64,000 nucleotides of DNA. It comes from an uncultured candidate division Zixibacteria bacterium (lineage in GTDB: Bacteria; Zixibacteria; MSB-5A5; GN15; FEB-12). Position 1 is the first letter of the stretch. Every line of letters starts with the position of its first letter. The notes below the pieces were generated by a model that saw only the letters and a list, made by a program, of their open reading frames with translations, ran no database searches and was not told the origin of the DNA. The position numbers were made by a program, and so were the translations under genes. The DNA lies in contig CAWDXE010000004.1 of assembly GCA_963806185.1 (NCBI GenBank), positions 32,001 through 96,000 of the forward strand, given 5' to 3'. Of the stretch, positions 48,744 to 58,213 are shown piece after piece.

Positions 48744-49862
48744 CTACATCTTATCTGCCACCGCCTTCGCCATCTCGAGAGACGTATTCTTCCCACCCAT
48801 ATCATAGGTGCGAACCTTTCCCTCTTTGATGACCGTCGCAATCGCCCCTTCCAGATGTGCCGCCTTGTCCCGTTCTCCCAGCCAATCAAGCATCAGCTTG
48901 ACCGTCAGGAACATCGCCATCGGATTCACCTTGTACTGTCCGGCATACTTGGGAGCCGAGCCATGCGTCGGTTCGAACACGGCGTAATTGTCGCCGATAT
49001 TGCCCGACGCCGCAAAACCCAGCCCGCCGACCAATTGCGCGCAGAGGTCGGATATGATATCGCCGAACATATTCGATGTTACCAACACCGAGTAGTCGAG
49101 CGGGTTCTTGAGCAGCCACATGCACATGGCGTCGATGTTGGTCTCCCACAACTGAATGTTCGGATATTTCTTCGCCACCTCGCGTGCGGTGCGAATCATC
49201 AGGCCCGACGTTTCGCGGATCACGTTCGGTTTTTCGACGATCGTCACCGACTTCCGACCCTCTTTCTTGGCCAATTCAAACGCGTCGGTGATGATGTTTC
49301 TCGCACCGTTTTTCGTGATGATGCGCAGCGACAGCGCCATCTCGTTGCCCGGCGTCTTGTCAAAACGCGCCATCTTCTTATTGTGCTTTTTGAGCACGTC
49401 GCGCAGCTCATCCGGCACCGGATGGAATTCTATCCCCACATACAATCCTTCGGTGTTCTCGCGGAACACAACCAGGTCGATCCCTTCCTTGTAATTGAGC
49501 GGATTCCCCGGGTACGCCTTGCAGGGGCGAAGATTGGTGCGCAGATTGAATTCCTGGCGCATCCGCACGATCGGCGAATTGTACACTATCCCTTTGCCGC
49601 GAAACTCCGGCGCCAGCGCCGCCTCGGCCTCTTCTTTCGGCAGCGAGGTAATCGCGCCGAACAGACAGCAGTCGGTATTCTTCAGCAGATCGATCGTCCG
49701 ATCGGGCAGGGGATTGGCTTCTTTGCACCAGAACTCCCAGCCGATATCGCCATGAATATACTCGGCGTCGAGTTTCATCCTGTCGAGGACGATCTTCGCC
49801 GCTTCCATTACATCGTTGCCAACGCCGTCGCCCGGCAGCCAGGCGATCTTATACTTGGCCAT
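48744..49862 (-). CDS. Isocitrate/isopropylmalate dehydrogenase family protein
   Basis: LPGDGVG, FRENTEGLY, NMFGDIISD, FEPTHGSAP, TYDMGG. Confidence 0.92.
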   Translation of the reverse strand: MAKYKIAWLPGDGVGNDVMEAAKIVLDRMKLDAEYIHGDIGWEFWCKEANPLPDRTIDLLKNTDCCLFGAITSLPKEEAEAALAPEFRGKGIVYNSPIVRMRQEFNLRTNLRPCKAYPGNPLNYKEGIDLVVFRENTEGLYVGIEFHPVPDELRDVLKKHNKKMARFDKTPGNEMALSLRIITKNGARNIITDAFELAKKEGRKSVTIVEKPNVIRETSGLMIRTAREVAKKYPNIQLWETNIDAMCMWLLKNPLDYSVLVTSNMFGDIISDLCAQLVGGLGFAASGNIGDNYAVFEPTHGSAPKYAGQYKVNPMAMFLTVKLMLDWLGERDKAAHLEGAIATVIKEGKVRTYDMGGKNTSLEMAKAVADKM

Positions 49863-49885
49863 GTCCTCTCTCCTCTTGTCTCCAG

Positions 49886-50788
49886 CTATAAACGAACCGT
49901 CAAATTGATCAGATTTGACGAACCCAGATCATTCGAATACGGCACAAACGCATAGTCGGCGGCAAAATTATGCCACCGAAACGTTGCTCCGGCCGTGATG
50001 CTCTTCGTGTCGTAATTTGCCATGTAGCCCGCGCGCACCGACAGGCTCTCGTGCAATTTCGCCTCGGCTCCCAGATGCGCATGTATCTTCTCGTCAACAT
50101 ACACCAGGTCAAGGGCCGCCAGATAGCGATCAAAGCGATACGCGCCGCCCGCTCGGTAGGTCACTGGCAGAGTAATATCCCGCGAACCGGGTCGCCCCCC
50201 TGATTCCAGGATGAACGATGAGCCGATATTCGTCACCGATGCTCCCACCGTCAGGTCCGGTCGAACCTGCGCCAGCACGCCCAGATCGACATTAAACGCC
50301 GACCCGCGCCATTCATCGATCTTCTCAATAAACCACCCCACGCCGATCCCGGCCGCCACCTTGTTGGTCAGCTGATACGCCACCCCCACCTTGAAAGACA
50401 TATCCGCCGCGCTGAATAGGGTGACCGGATCACTCGACGGAATCGTGCGCGCTTCGATATCATCCACCGTCGCATAGCGAATCCCGGCGTGTATATAGGT
50501 CTTGCCGCTCAGCGGTGTAGCCATGTATCCCGTCTCCAGACGGACATTATTCCAATAGGCGTTGTGACCAAACGATGCGCCGAATTGACTATTGCCGACG
50601 GCCGCCGCCGGATTGTACGACGGTGAGTGCGGATCATCTGCAATCGCCACAAACGCCGCGCCCATGCCTGACGGTCGTGCGCCGACGTCGACTTTCATCA
50701 AGGCGAGCCCATCAAGTGCCGCCACTCTGCCCACCGCCAGAACCAGTAAGATCCCAAGTGTCATAATTCGATTCATGGCTTGCCTCAA
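49886..50788 (-). CDS. PorV/PorQ (UPF0164) family outer-membrane barrel
   Basis: MKVDVGARPSGMGAAFVAIADD...YNPAA; DYAFVPY...LG. Confidence 0.82.
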   Translation of the reverse strand: MRQAMNRIMTLGILLVLAVGRVAALDGLALMKVDVGARPSGMGAAFVAIADDPHSPSYNPAAAVGNSQFGASFGHNAYWNNVRLETGYMATPLSGKTYIHAGIRYATVDDIEARTIPSSDPVTLFSAADMSFKVGVAYQLTNKVAAGIGVGWFIEKIDEWRGSAFNVDLGVLAQVRPDLTVGASVTNIGSSFILESGGRPGSRDITLPVTYRAGGAYRFDRYLAALDLVYVDEKIHAHLGAEAKLHESLSVRAGYMANYDTKSITAGATFRWHNFAADYAFVPYSNDLGSSNLINLTVRL

Positions 50789-51765
50789 AATAGAAAGTCC
50801 AGCGATATGATATGCTCCGATCCTTCGTCCGCCTTGTCAGTCGAGAAGGCGTAGTCGATGGCCAGCGTGTGCCGCGCAAAATTGAATATGTAACCTGTTC
50901 CGGCCGCCAGCCGATCATCGCCGTACCCGGCCCTCAGAGCAAACTGCGGACTGACAAAAAATTCACCACCCGCCCGAAAGATCAGACCCTGTTTTTCATT
51001 CTTGGACGCATCAAGATCTACCAGCAGCTTCCGATTGACGAACCTCGCCGATGTCCCCAGTGCGATTTCCACCGGGACTTTGTCTTCTTGCTGAAATCCG
51101 CTCGTCTCGGTCGTATACGCCATCAGGTAGTTGTCACTGTTCCATTTGTACTTTTCGTTGATATGCTTGATCGTCAGCCCGACCTGAATATCCTGAATGG
51201 GCATCTGATCCCGCTTCTCCCGATCGATGAGCTGGGACAGATATAGCATACCGCCGATATCGAAGCCTACTCCTGCCGCGCTCATCTTCGGAAGACGAGA
51301 ATAGACATAATTCAGGTTAACCCCGGCCGCGAAATAGCTCTCGAATCGCTTGGCAAAAATCGCCGAAAACTTGTGGTTGTGCATGGCCATCGCCTGATCC
51401 GCCAGGATTATCCCATCGCCGTCGCGCGCCTCAACCTCACCGCTCGCCGAATAGATCCAATTGAACCCGAGCACCGCTTCGTTTCGTATCGGCGACACGA
51501 CCATGGCGTACCCCAGCCGTCGATCCAGCTTCATTGCCCGATATGACGTCGACATCAGCACTCGATCAATGTTGGCCAGACCGGCCGGATTATACAGACT
51601 AGCCGCCCCGTCGTTGGATATCGCCGTATAGGCGCCGCCCATGGCCGTCGGACGGGCGCCCAACGGTACGTCGAACCAGGCGCCGGCATATCCGCCGTCA
51701 CCATCGGCAGCAAAACCGGCGGTCGAAAGGAGCAGACAAAATGTCAAAACTATGATCGTTCTCAT
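50785..51765 (-). CDS. PorV/PorQ (UPF0164) family outer-membrane barrel
   Basis: GARPTAMGGAYTAISND...YNPAGL; IDYAF...HIISLDFLF. Confidence 0.85.
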   Translation of the reverse strand: MRTIIVLTFCLLLSTAGFAADGDGGYAGAWFDVPLGARPTAMGGAYTAISNDGAASLYNPAGLANIDRVLMSTSYRAMKLDRRLGYAMVVSPIRNEAVLGFNWIYSASGEVEARDGDGIILADQAMAMHNHKFSAIFAKRFESYFAAGVNLNYVYSRLPKMSAAGVGFDIGGMLYLSQLIDREKRDQMPIQDIQVGLTIKHINEKYKWNSDNYLMAYTTETSGFQQEDKVPVEIALGTSARFVNRKLLVDLDASKNEKQGLIFRAGGEFFVSPQFALRAGYGDDRLAAGTGYIFNFARHTLAIDYAFSTDKADEGSEHIISLDFLF

Positions 51766-51777
51766 CGTTGATTCCCC

Positions 51778-54438
51778 TTACGGTATGACCACCAGCTTGC
51801 CCCAGCGTTCCTCGCCGGATGCCATTGTGACCCTGAAGTAGTATACTCCCACGGCGGCCACATCACCTTTTCCGTTTTTCCCATCCCAGGTGCGACCCTG
51901 GCCGTCATTGTTGGGATATATGCCTGCCGCGTAGAAAACATTGTCGATCGGTCGCGCTACCAGATTCATCGCAAAATCATAAATCTCCAGCGTGACATTT
52001 CCGTCGCTCGGCACCACAAAATGGAAATCAAGTACCTGTCCCTCCTGCGGCGAGAAGGGGACCGGGAAGGCATACACCTGATCTTTCGGCGTCGTCGAAT
52101 CGACGACCGTATACAACTGCCCGGTCAAAGCGCCCAGGTTCAGCCGCACCGTTCCGTCGTCGGTCCCAACCCACAGGAAACTGTCCACCACTTCAACGGC
52201 GTAGACCGCCGACCCCGGATTGACCAGCGATACACCATCGCCGTTGACCAGTGCCACCGTATCCCACTCCTGCAGCGTGTCTCCGGCGATTGAATACGGC
52301 TCCGGCATCTTGTGTCTGAGCAATCCGACATTGGCCGCCGCAAACACCAGCGAATCCTTAAAGGCGAAGTTCCAGGCGTAATCGCCCCGGTACATCTCTT
52401 TCCACTTCATCCGCTCGTTTCCGAGTGAATCGGTCACGTACCGCCCCACCGAGATACCGTTGGTGCCGAACGAGACCGGTCGCCCTGATGCCCACACGCG
52501 CGCCGGACCGCTCGACATCGGCTGCACCGCCAGCGCCGGCATGAAGTCACCGGTAAGGCCGTACTCCTCGTTTTCAAAATCAGCCGTATTGAGCGCCGTG
52601 AAGTTCACGACTACATCCGCCTTCAGCGTATCGAAACTCGGCACAAACATGCGGAACGATTGCGCCCCGTTCGGCGAAATCGCCAGCGCGTTGTCACTCC
52701 CGACCACCACCGTATCGCCGCGTACTTCCATCACCCGAATCGTATCCCCATCCATTGACACGCCGGCGTCCAGACTGTCGTAGAGGGAGAAGATGACCGA
52801 CGGATTCCGGCCGTTCGTCGAGTAGCGAAGTCCCTCGCTGCCGACCGCAAACGCCGTGTCACCGACAAAATTCACGTCAAATGTTATCGCCCCTACTTGC
52901 AGCTTCTGCCAAGTACCGGTCAGCGTGACGACCGTGTCCGGAAGACCATCCGGCGGCGTTGTCGTGTCTGCAATCGTGGTATCAATATTGGCCTTCAAAC
53001 GGCCGACCATCGGCGTACCCGGTCCGGTCAACGGTCGATGCGCCGTCCAGAAGGCGACTGAATCCAAACCACCCAGTGAATCGGTCATCACCTGCGGTCG
53101 AATTCTGATCACTCGTGACGCCGAACTGTCGCCTTCGCCAAACGGGAAATTCGTTCGATCGATGATGCTTCCGTCAGCGCGTAACCTCAGGAAAGAAACG
53201 CCGGTGTCAGTTCCAACCGCGAGAAAGTCTTCATATCTGTTTACCGCGTTTACTTTGTTGATGGCCAGCCCCGCATTGCTGGAATCAATCAGCAGGCGCG
53301 ACCAGTTCGCTCCGGAATCAGAGGATACCATCAGCCCGGACGCTTCCTCAGCCAGATAGAGGCGGTCACCCATGCGAAGTATGTCACTGATATTGTGCGT
53401 CGAATCGTTGATGTGCGGTAGGGAAGAGGCAACGAAGCTATCGCCGATATCGGTAGACACCGCCAATCCGGTCGATGCTCCATTATCGTCGGCTGTTCCC
53501 ACAAATACCTTGCCGAACGCGCTTGCCACCGCCGTAATCGTCGTCCCCGGCAGACCATCATAATCAAATCGCGATATGAACGGTCCGCCCACCGTGCGAC
53601 CGCGGCTGAAAGCCTTATGACCGCCGATAAACAGGGGAGTCCCTCCGGCAACCGTGCAGGTATCGCAAAAATCAAGCGCCGCCGGACTTTTCACGCCGAA
53701 TTTCTCTCGCTTCGGTACGTGAACATACTGAAAGACGCCGCCCGCCGTGCCGGCCCAGAGGAAAACCGAATCCGGGTGTGACTTGTCCGCCGCGCAGGAA
53801 AACAGCAAGTTGCGATACGAAGGCGCCTCGGTCGTGGTATTATATTGTATTGAATCGTCAATCGAGGCATAAACTCGGCGCCACGAATCTCCGTTATCCT
53901 GTGACGCCAGCAGCCCGCCGGCAAACGATCCAAACCAGAGCCAGTGATTGATACGTCCCTCGCTGGTCGTGTCGACCAACCCGGTGACGTCATACACCAC
54001 GCGATCCCCACCCCAAACGTATGGAATGTTAAGACCACTGCTCCCGAAATTCACCTGCGTCCAGGTCTTGCCGGTATCATCCGAATACGACACGCCGTCC
54101 GACAGCGTGAAATTCTGACCGGATATGACCCCCATATGGCTGCTGCCTATCCACATCCGACCTTCCTGGGCATACAATGCGGATATGTTCTCGCTGATCA
54201 AGCCGGTGGCGATATTCATCCTCGCCCACGAAATGCCGGCATCAGCCGAAACATTCAATCCCTTGCCGGTCGCCAGCCAGATACGGTCGGCAAAGTTCAG
54301 CCCGTCAATGGCCGAATTGGTGAGATACCCGGAATCAGACGGTGTCTGCAGTTCCCAGGTTACAGCCGGGCCGGCGGATACCGACGATGCGAGAATGACC
54401 CCACATCCAATTAACAGCGGAATTAGTTTGGAAATCAC
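51778..54438 (-). CDS. Secreted multi-beta-propeller protein with Asp-boxes and C-terminal FlgD-Ig/T9SS-CTD-like domain (PorZ-like architecture)
   Basis: SxDxGxxW boxes; VYAFPVPFSP...LEIYD...WDGKNGKG...GVYYFRV...GKLVVIP. Confidence 0.75.
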   Translation of the reverse strand: MISKLIPLLIGCGVILASSVSAGPAVTWELQTPSDSGYLTNSAIDGLNFADRIWLATGKGLNVSADAGISWARMNIATGLISENISALYAQEGRMWIGSSHMGVISGQNFTLSDGVSYSDDTGKTWTQVNFGSSGLNIPYVWGGDRVVYDVTGLVDTTSEGRINHWLWFGSFAGGLLASQDNGDSWRRVYASIDDSIQYNTTTEAPSYRNLLFSCAADKSHPDSVFLWAGTAGGVFQYVHVPKREKFGVKSPAALDFCDTCTVAGGTPLFIGGHKAFSRGRTVGGPFISRFDYDGLPGTTITAVASAFGKVFVGTADDNGASTGLAVSTDIGDSFVASSLPHINDSTHNISDILRMGDRLYLAEEASGLMVSSDSGANWSRLLIDSSNAGLAINKVNAVNRYEDFLAVGTDTGVSFLRLRADGSIIDRTNFPFGEGDSSASRVIRIRPQVMTDSLGGLDSVAFWTAHRPLTGPGTPMVGRLKANIDTTIADTTTPPDGLPDTVVTLTGTWQKLQVGAITFDVNFVGDTAFAVGSEGLRYSTNGRNPSVIFSLYDSLDAGVSMDGDTIRVMEVRGDTVVVGSDNALAISPNGAQSFRMFVPSFDTLKADVVVNFTALNTADFENEEYGLTGDFMPALAVQPMSSGPARVWASGRPVSFGTNGISVGRYVTDSLGNERMKWKEMYRGDYAWNFAFKDSLVFAAANVGLLRHKMPEPYSIAGDTLQEWDTVALVNGDGVSLVNPGSAVYAVEVVDSFLWVGTDDGTVRLNLGALTGQLYTVVDSTTPKDQVYAFPVPFSPQEGQVLDFHFVVPSDGNVTLEIYDFAMNLVARPIDNVFYAAGIYPNNDGQGRTWDGKNGKGDVAAVGVYYFRVTMASGEERWGKLVVIP

Positions 54439-54653
54439 CAGAACTCCTCGATAGGTGAGTGTTCGCTGATCATATGCTGAAGAGCTTCATCCTGACGTGA
54501 ATTGTATGAGGAAAGAGCACGTCTGATCAGATGCCCCGTCGTTACTTGCTTGCATGGCGCCCCAACATAAGCAAATCGGCCATCTCTGGCAAGGCAAATA
54601 GACCGGCTCGCTTCTGCCCGCTGCGTTCCGCCTCCTCTCCGTCAAATAAGGGA

Positions 54654-54683
54654 TTGACTTCATCTTCCACTGCCAACTATTAT
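54654..54683 (+). promoter_or_regulatory. Candidate sigma70 promoter of the cytochrome gene
   Basis: TTGACT-18 nt-TATTAT. Confidence 0.5.
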
Positions 54684-54724
54684 GGTTATAACATTTGCCC
54701 GTACTTCTAATATGGATTGATCTC

Positions 54725-56593
54725 ATGTTGCCACGAATGCTCATTCTTGCGGCTATCGTCGGTCTAGTCTCGTTTGCTGTTCTCCTGCCCGGATGCGACA
54801 AACTCGTGACCGAAGTAAACAATATTATCGTCGTCGATTCCACCCTCGGTGCCGCTTGCGTCAAGTGTCACACCGATGCCAATGATTCCCTGATCATCGT
54901 GCCCAAAATGCAGTGGGCCAATTCGGCGCACGCATCCGCCCGGTATATCGAAGCCGCGGTGAGGATCGACGATTCGACATTCTTCACCGCCTCCTGCGGG
55001 CCGGTGTGCCATTCCGGCAACGGATTCGTCGATTCCATCGAATACGACCGCTCGCCGCTCAACGCCCAGCCCTCGGTGATTAACTGCTACACCTGCCATT
55101 TGCCCCATACCGGCAAGTACGGCAGCTGGGATCTCGACTCGCTGCGCGGTCAGTTTGACCCGCTCATTATGCGCAATCTTCACCCGTACGGTTACGGCCA
55201 TTCCACCCTTTGCGCCGTCTGCCATCAGGCGATGAACCCGCCGCCCACCGGAACCTCGGACATCGTCCTTACGCCCGCCTGGGGTCCGCATGTCTCCCCG
55301 CAGGCCGACATCTATTCCGCCAAGGGCGGATATCAGTTTGGCATGGCCCTCGACTCCGGCGCTCATACCGCCTCGGTCATGAAGGACGGATGCATCAAGT
55401 GCCACTTTGGTACCGGTCAGGGTAACGATTTTGGTGAACATACTTTCCGTCTCCAGTACGATCCGCCGCAGGATACCACGCCCTATCTGGCCAACTGCAA
55501 TGTGGGAACCTGCCACTCAAGCCATCCCGTCACGGACTTCTACAATTTCGACTCCGCTTCCGTTATTCAGAATTACCTCGATACCCTGCGCTACGAGTTG
55601 GAAGTATTCGGCGCTCTTGATTCTACCGACGGAAGCGGCACGAAGATCAATATTGATTCCACAATTTCGAGCCGAACGGCGCAATTGCTCTATAATTATC
55701 TGCTCGTCCGGATGGATGGAACCCGCGGTTTGCACAATCCCCGGTTTGTATCGAAATTGTTACACGAATCTGTGATTCGCATCGATTCCATTCCGCCTCA
55801 GGCCCGCTACGTTGCCACGACTGATACGACCGGTTGCGCCCCGCTGACCGTGACATTTCAGAACACCTCCCGCGGCAAGTACGACTCTCTGAAGTGGGAC
55901 TTCGGCGATAATACCACCGATAGCGTGGCGATGCCGACACACCTCTATGATACCGCCGGCGTCTTCACCGTGAAACTGACCATCTACGGTCCCGGCGGCA
56001 CGAGCGCCTTCACTCGCCCCGGCAAAGTCTTGTCCGGCGGCGTGCCCGTTGCCCAAATTGGCATTCCGAATCTCGCCGGTTGTAAACCGACGTTCGATCT
56101 CGTGTTAGTGGATTCAACCGTCGGCCTGGTCGACAGCGTTCTGTGGAATATTAACGGTACGTTGACCAGCAGGGAAAGGACAGTCACTGTGCCGCTCACG
56201 ACCTTGGGCAAACAACCGCTTGATCTCAGCCTCATCATATGGAATGAGTGTGGCGCCGACACCGCCTATCGTGTCGACACGGCTTTGGTCGACACGCTGC
56301 CCACCGCAACATTTACCGTTTCTGATTCCGTCTCCGCCATTGCGCCGTTGCTGGTGACCTTCACCAATACGACCGATTCCTCGCGAGGTATTGACTCGGT
56401 TGTCTGGAACCTGGGCGGCGCGCGCGTCAAGGGTTGGGAGCCGACCAATCCTTATTCGTTGGGACAAGGCGTCTGGCCCTGTTTCATGACCGTATATAAC
56501 CGCTGCGGAAGCGACGTGTCCGAGACCATTTCGATCAGAGTCGCACAGACGGCATCGAAACGTGAAGAAGCGATCATCGAGTCACGGAAGTAG
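54725..56593 (+). CDS. Multiheme c-type cytochrome lipoprotein (4 CxxCH, 1 Cx3CH, 1 Cx4CH) with C-terminal PKD domains
   Basis: Lipobox LPGC; CVKCH, CGPVCH, CYTCH, CAVCH, CIKCH, CNVGTCH; DGTRGLHNP; PKD motifs GCAPLTVTF, WDFGD, PTHLY. Confidence 0.88.
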   Translation: MLPRMLILAAIVGLVSFAVLLPGCDKLVTEVNNIIVVDSTLGAACVKCHTDANDSLIIVPKMQWANSAHASARYIEAAVRIDDSTFFTASCGPVCHSGNGFVDSIEYDRSPLNAQPSVINCYTCHLPHTGKYGSWDLDSLRGQFDPLIMRNLHPYGYGHSTLCAVCHQAMNPPPTGTSDIVLTPAWGPHVSPQADIYSAKGGYQFGMALDSGAHTASVMKDGCIKCHFGTGQGNDFGEHTFRLQYDPPQDTTPYLANCNVGTCHSSHPVTDFYNFDSASVIQNYLDTLRYELEVFGALDSTDGSGTKINIDSTISSRTAQLLYNYLLVRMDGTRGLHNPRFVSKLLHESVIRIDSIPPQARYVATTDTTGCAPLTVTFQNTSRGKYDSLKWDFGDNTTDSVAMPTHLYDTAGVFTVKLTIYGPGGTSAFTRPGKVLSGGVPVAQIGIPNLAGCKPTFDLVLVDSTVGLVDSVLWNINGTLTSRERTVTVPLTTLGKQPLDLSLIIWNECGADTAYRVDTALVDTLPTATFTVSDSVSAIAPLLVTFTNTTDSSRGIDSVVWNLGGARVKGWEPTNPYSLGQGVWPCFMTVYNRCGSDVSETISIRVAQTASKREEAIIESRK

Positions 56594-56615
56594 ACTCGGC
56601 TCAAAGAGCAACGAA

Positions 56616-56649
56616 AAGCGCCGCCGGTTGTGTGTAACCGGCGGCGCTT
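56616..56649. terminator. Bidirectional intrinsic terminator
   Basis: AAGCGCCGCCGGTT-6 nt-AACCGGCGGCGCTT between convergent genes. Confidence 0.8.
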
Positions 56650-56672
56650 CTCTATCGAAAGGAATCTTCAGA

Positions 56673-57074
56673 TCATGCGCGATACGTCGACATGATCACG
56701 ATATTGACGATCTCCAGCAACCGTTCGCACGAAAACGGCTTCTTGATAAACATGTCGCCGCCCGACTTGAACGAACGCCCCATGTCATCATTACGGTCCT
56801 TTCCGGTCAGGAAAATGACCGGTACATGAGCCAACGCCGGATCCTGCTTCAACTCCTGGCAGACACTGTACCCGTCGACGCCTGGCATCATGATATCAAG
56901 CAGGACTACGTCCGGCTTGAAACCTTTGGCTTTCGGTATGGCGTTTTTGGGATTGTTCTCGACCTCAACCTTGTAGCCCGACTCGGTTAAGAAGGTCTGA
57001 ACGATATCAGTGATTTCCGGTTCGTCATCGACGACCAGAACTCTGGCTGTTTGTACTTTGATCTTATATGACAC
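56673..57074 (-). CDS. Single-domain response regulator (CheY-like)
   Basis: VLVVDDE, LLDIMMPGVDG, PVIFLT, IKKPF. Confidence 0.92.
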   Translation of the reverse strand: MSYKIKVQTARVLVVDDEPEITDIVQTFLTESGYKVEVENNPKNAIPKAKGFKPDVVLLDIMMPGVDGYSVCQELKQDPALAHVPVIFLTGKDRNDDMGRSFKSGGDMFIKKPFSCERLLEIVNIVIMSTYRA

Positions 57075-57120
57075 GTCGGTTTTCCTGGCTCGTTATCAGC
57101 CCATGACTCTTATAGTTACT

Positions 57121-57147
57121 ATATCGGTAGCGGTAGAGACTTTCTTA
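57121..57147 (-). promoter_or_regulatory. Sigma28 (FliA)-like promoter
   Basis: TAAG-15 nt-ACCGATAT versus consensus TAAA-N15-GCCGATAA. Confidence 0.5.
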
Positions 57148-57166
57148 ACTCGGACTTCTGCCTCGA

Positions 57167-57554
57167 TCATACGGACTGCAGGGCCAGGTCCACCAAGTCC
57201 TGCAACTGCTTGGCTCCGAACGGCTTCTTGACGTAGGTCAGTCCTCCGGCATGGAACGATCGCCCCCCGTCTTCCTGTGGGCTTCGGCCAGTCAAAAATA
57301 TGACCGGGACATGCTTCAACTGCGGTATCTGTTTCAGCCGCTGCGTAGTATCGTACCCGTCACCATCCGGCATCGTGATGTCCATGAGCACGAGATTCGG
57401 CAGCATCGACTCGGCCAGGCTGAGGGCTTCTGACCGGTATGAGCGACCGCGACTTCATACCCCCGTTTCGTGAGAAGCGCCGATATGAGTGACGTCACTG
57501 ACGGTTCATCGTCCACCACTAGAATCCGCTTGGCTGACTTCTGTGATTTTGCAC
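57167..57554 (-). pseudogene. Single-domain response regulator with apparent frameshifts (~57429 and near the start)
   Basis: KRILVVDDE...AHTGQ in one frame and ALSLAESMLPNLVLMDITMPDGDG...VKKPF in another; one added base restores the join. Probably an assembly error. Confidence 0.75.
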
Positions 57555-57629
57555 AGCAACGTTTCCTGGGTCTTGTTGATCATGTTTGATTTCTTAGCTC
57601 GATGCGGGCTATATCCCCTTGTAGTCAGT

Positions 57630-57655
57630 CTATCGGCACACTTGGATACTGTTTA
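57630..57655 (-). promoter_or_regulatory. Sigma28 (FliA)-like promoter
   Basis: TAAA-14 nt-GCCGATAG. Confidence 0.5.
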
Positions 57656-57736
57656 GTCTTGCCGTCCGCGAAACTGTCACCCGGCTCCCACCGTTTTATC
57701 GTTGCACCTTCGCCCAAATGGAATATCCTCCGCACC

Positions 57737-58213
57737 ATGACCGAGCCCAAAAAGGAAGAGCTTCATTACATCGCCCGCAATCGAAAGGCGCGTCACGATT
57801 ACGAAATCGTTGACACCTTTGAGGCCGGTATTGAGCTTCGCGGAAGTGAGGTCAAGTCGTTGCGAGAGGGGAAGATAAATCTCTCGGATGCTTACGCGAC
57901 CATTGACGCCGGGCAGGTTATTCTCAAACATCTGCATATTACCCCGTATAAGATGGCGATGGAACAGCTTGACCCGACACGGGACCGCCGCCTACTTATG
58001 CATAGGCGTGAAATTCGCAAACTCGAGGCTAAGATCGAGCAGCAAGGGATGACCATGGTCCCGCTCGCCGTCTACTTCAAAGGACGGCGCGCCAAAATTG
58101 AACTGGGACTCGGCATCGGCCGTAGAAAGTTCGACAAACGCCAGGCGATTGCGAAAGAAGAAGCGAAACGCACTATCAGTCGCGCCATTCGCCGCGAGGC
58201 CAAACGAGGGTAA
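57737..58213 (+). CDS. smpB: SsrA-binding protein SmpB
   Basis: NRKARHDYEI, EAGIELRGSEVKSLR, KFDKR. Confidence 0.97.
   Translation: MTEPKKEELHYIARNRKARHDYEIVDTFEAGIELRGSEVKSLREGKINLSDAYATIDAGQVILKHLHITPYKMAMEQLDPTRDRRLLMHRREIRKLEAKIEQQGMTMVPLAVYFKGRRAKIELGLGIGRRKFDKRQAIAKEEAKRTISRAIRREAKRG

Noticed and set aside
48855..49955. 366-aa ORF antisense to the dehydrogenase
   Set aside because: Shadow of a conserved gene; His/Arg-rich composition typical of non-coding frames.
57560..58213. tmRNA (ssrA) beside smpB
   Set aside because: The flanking intergenic space is too short and has no tRNA-like ends.
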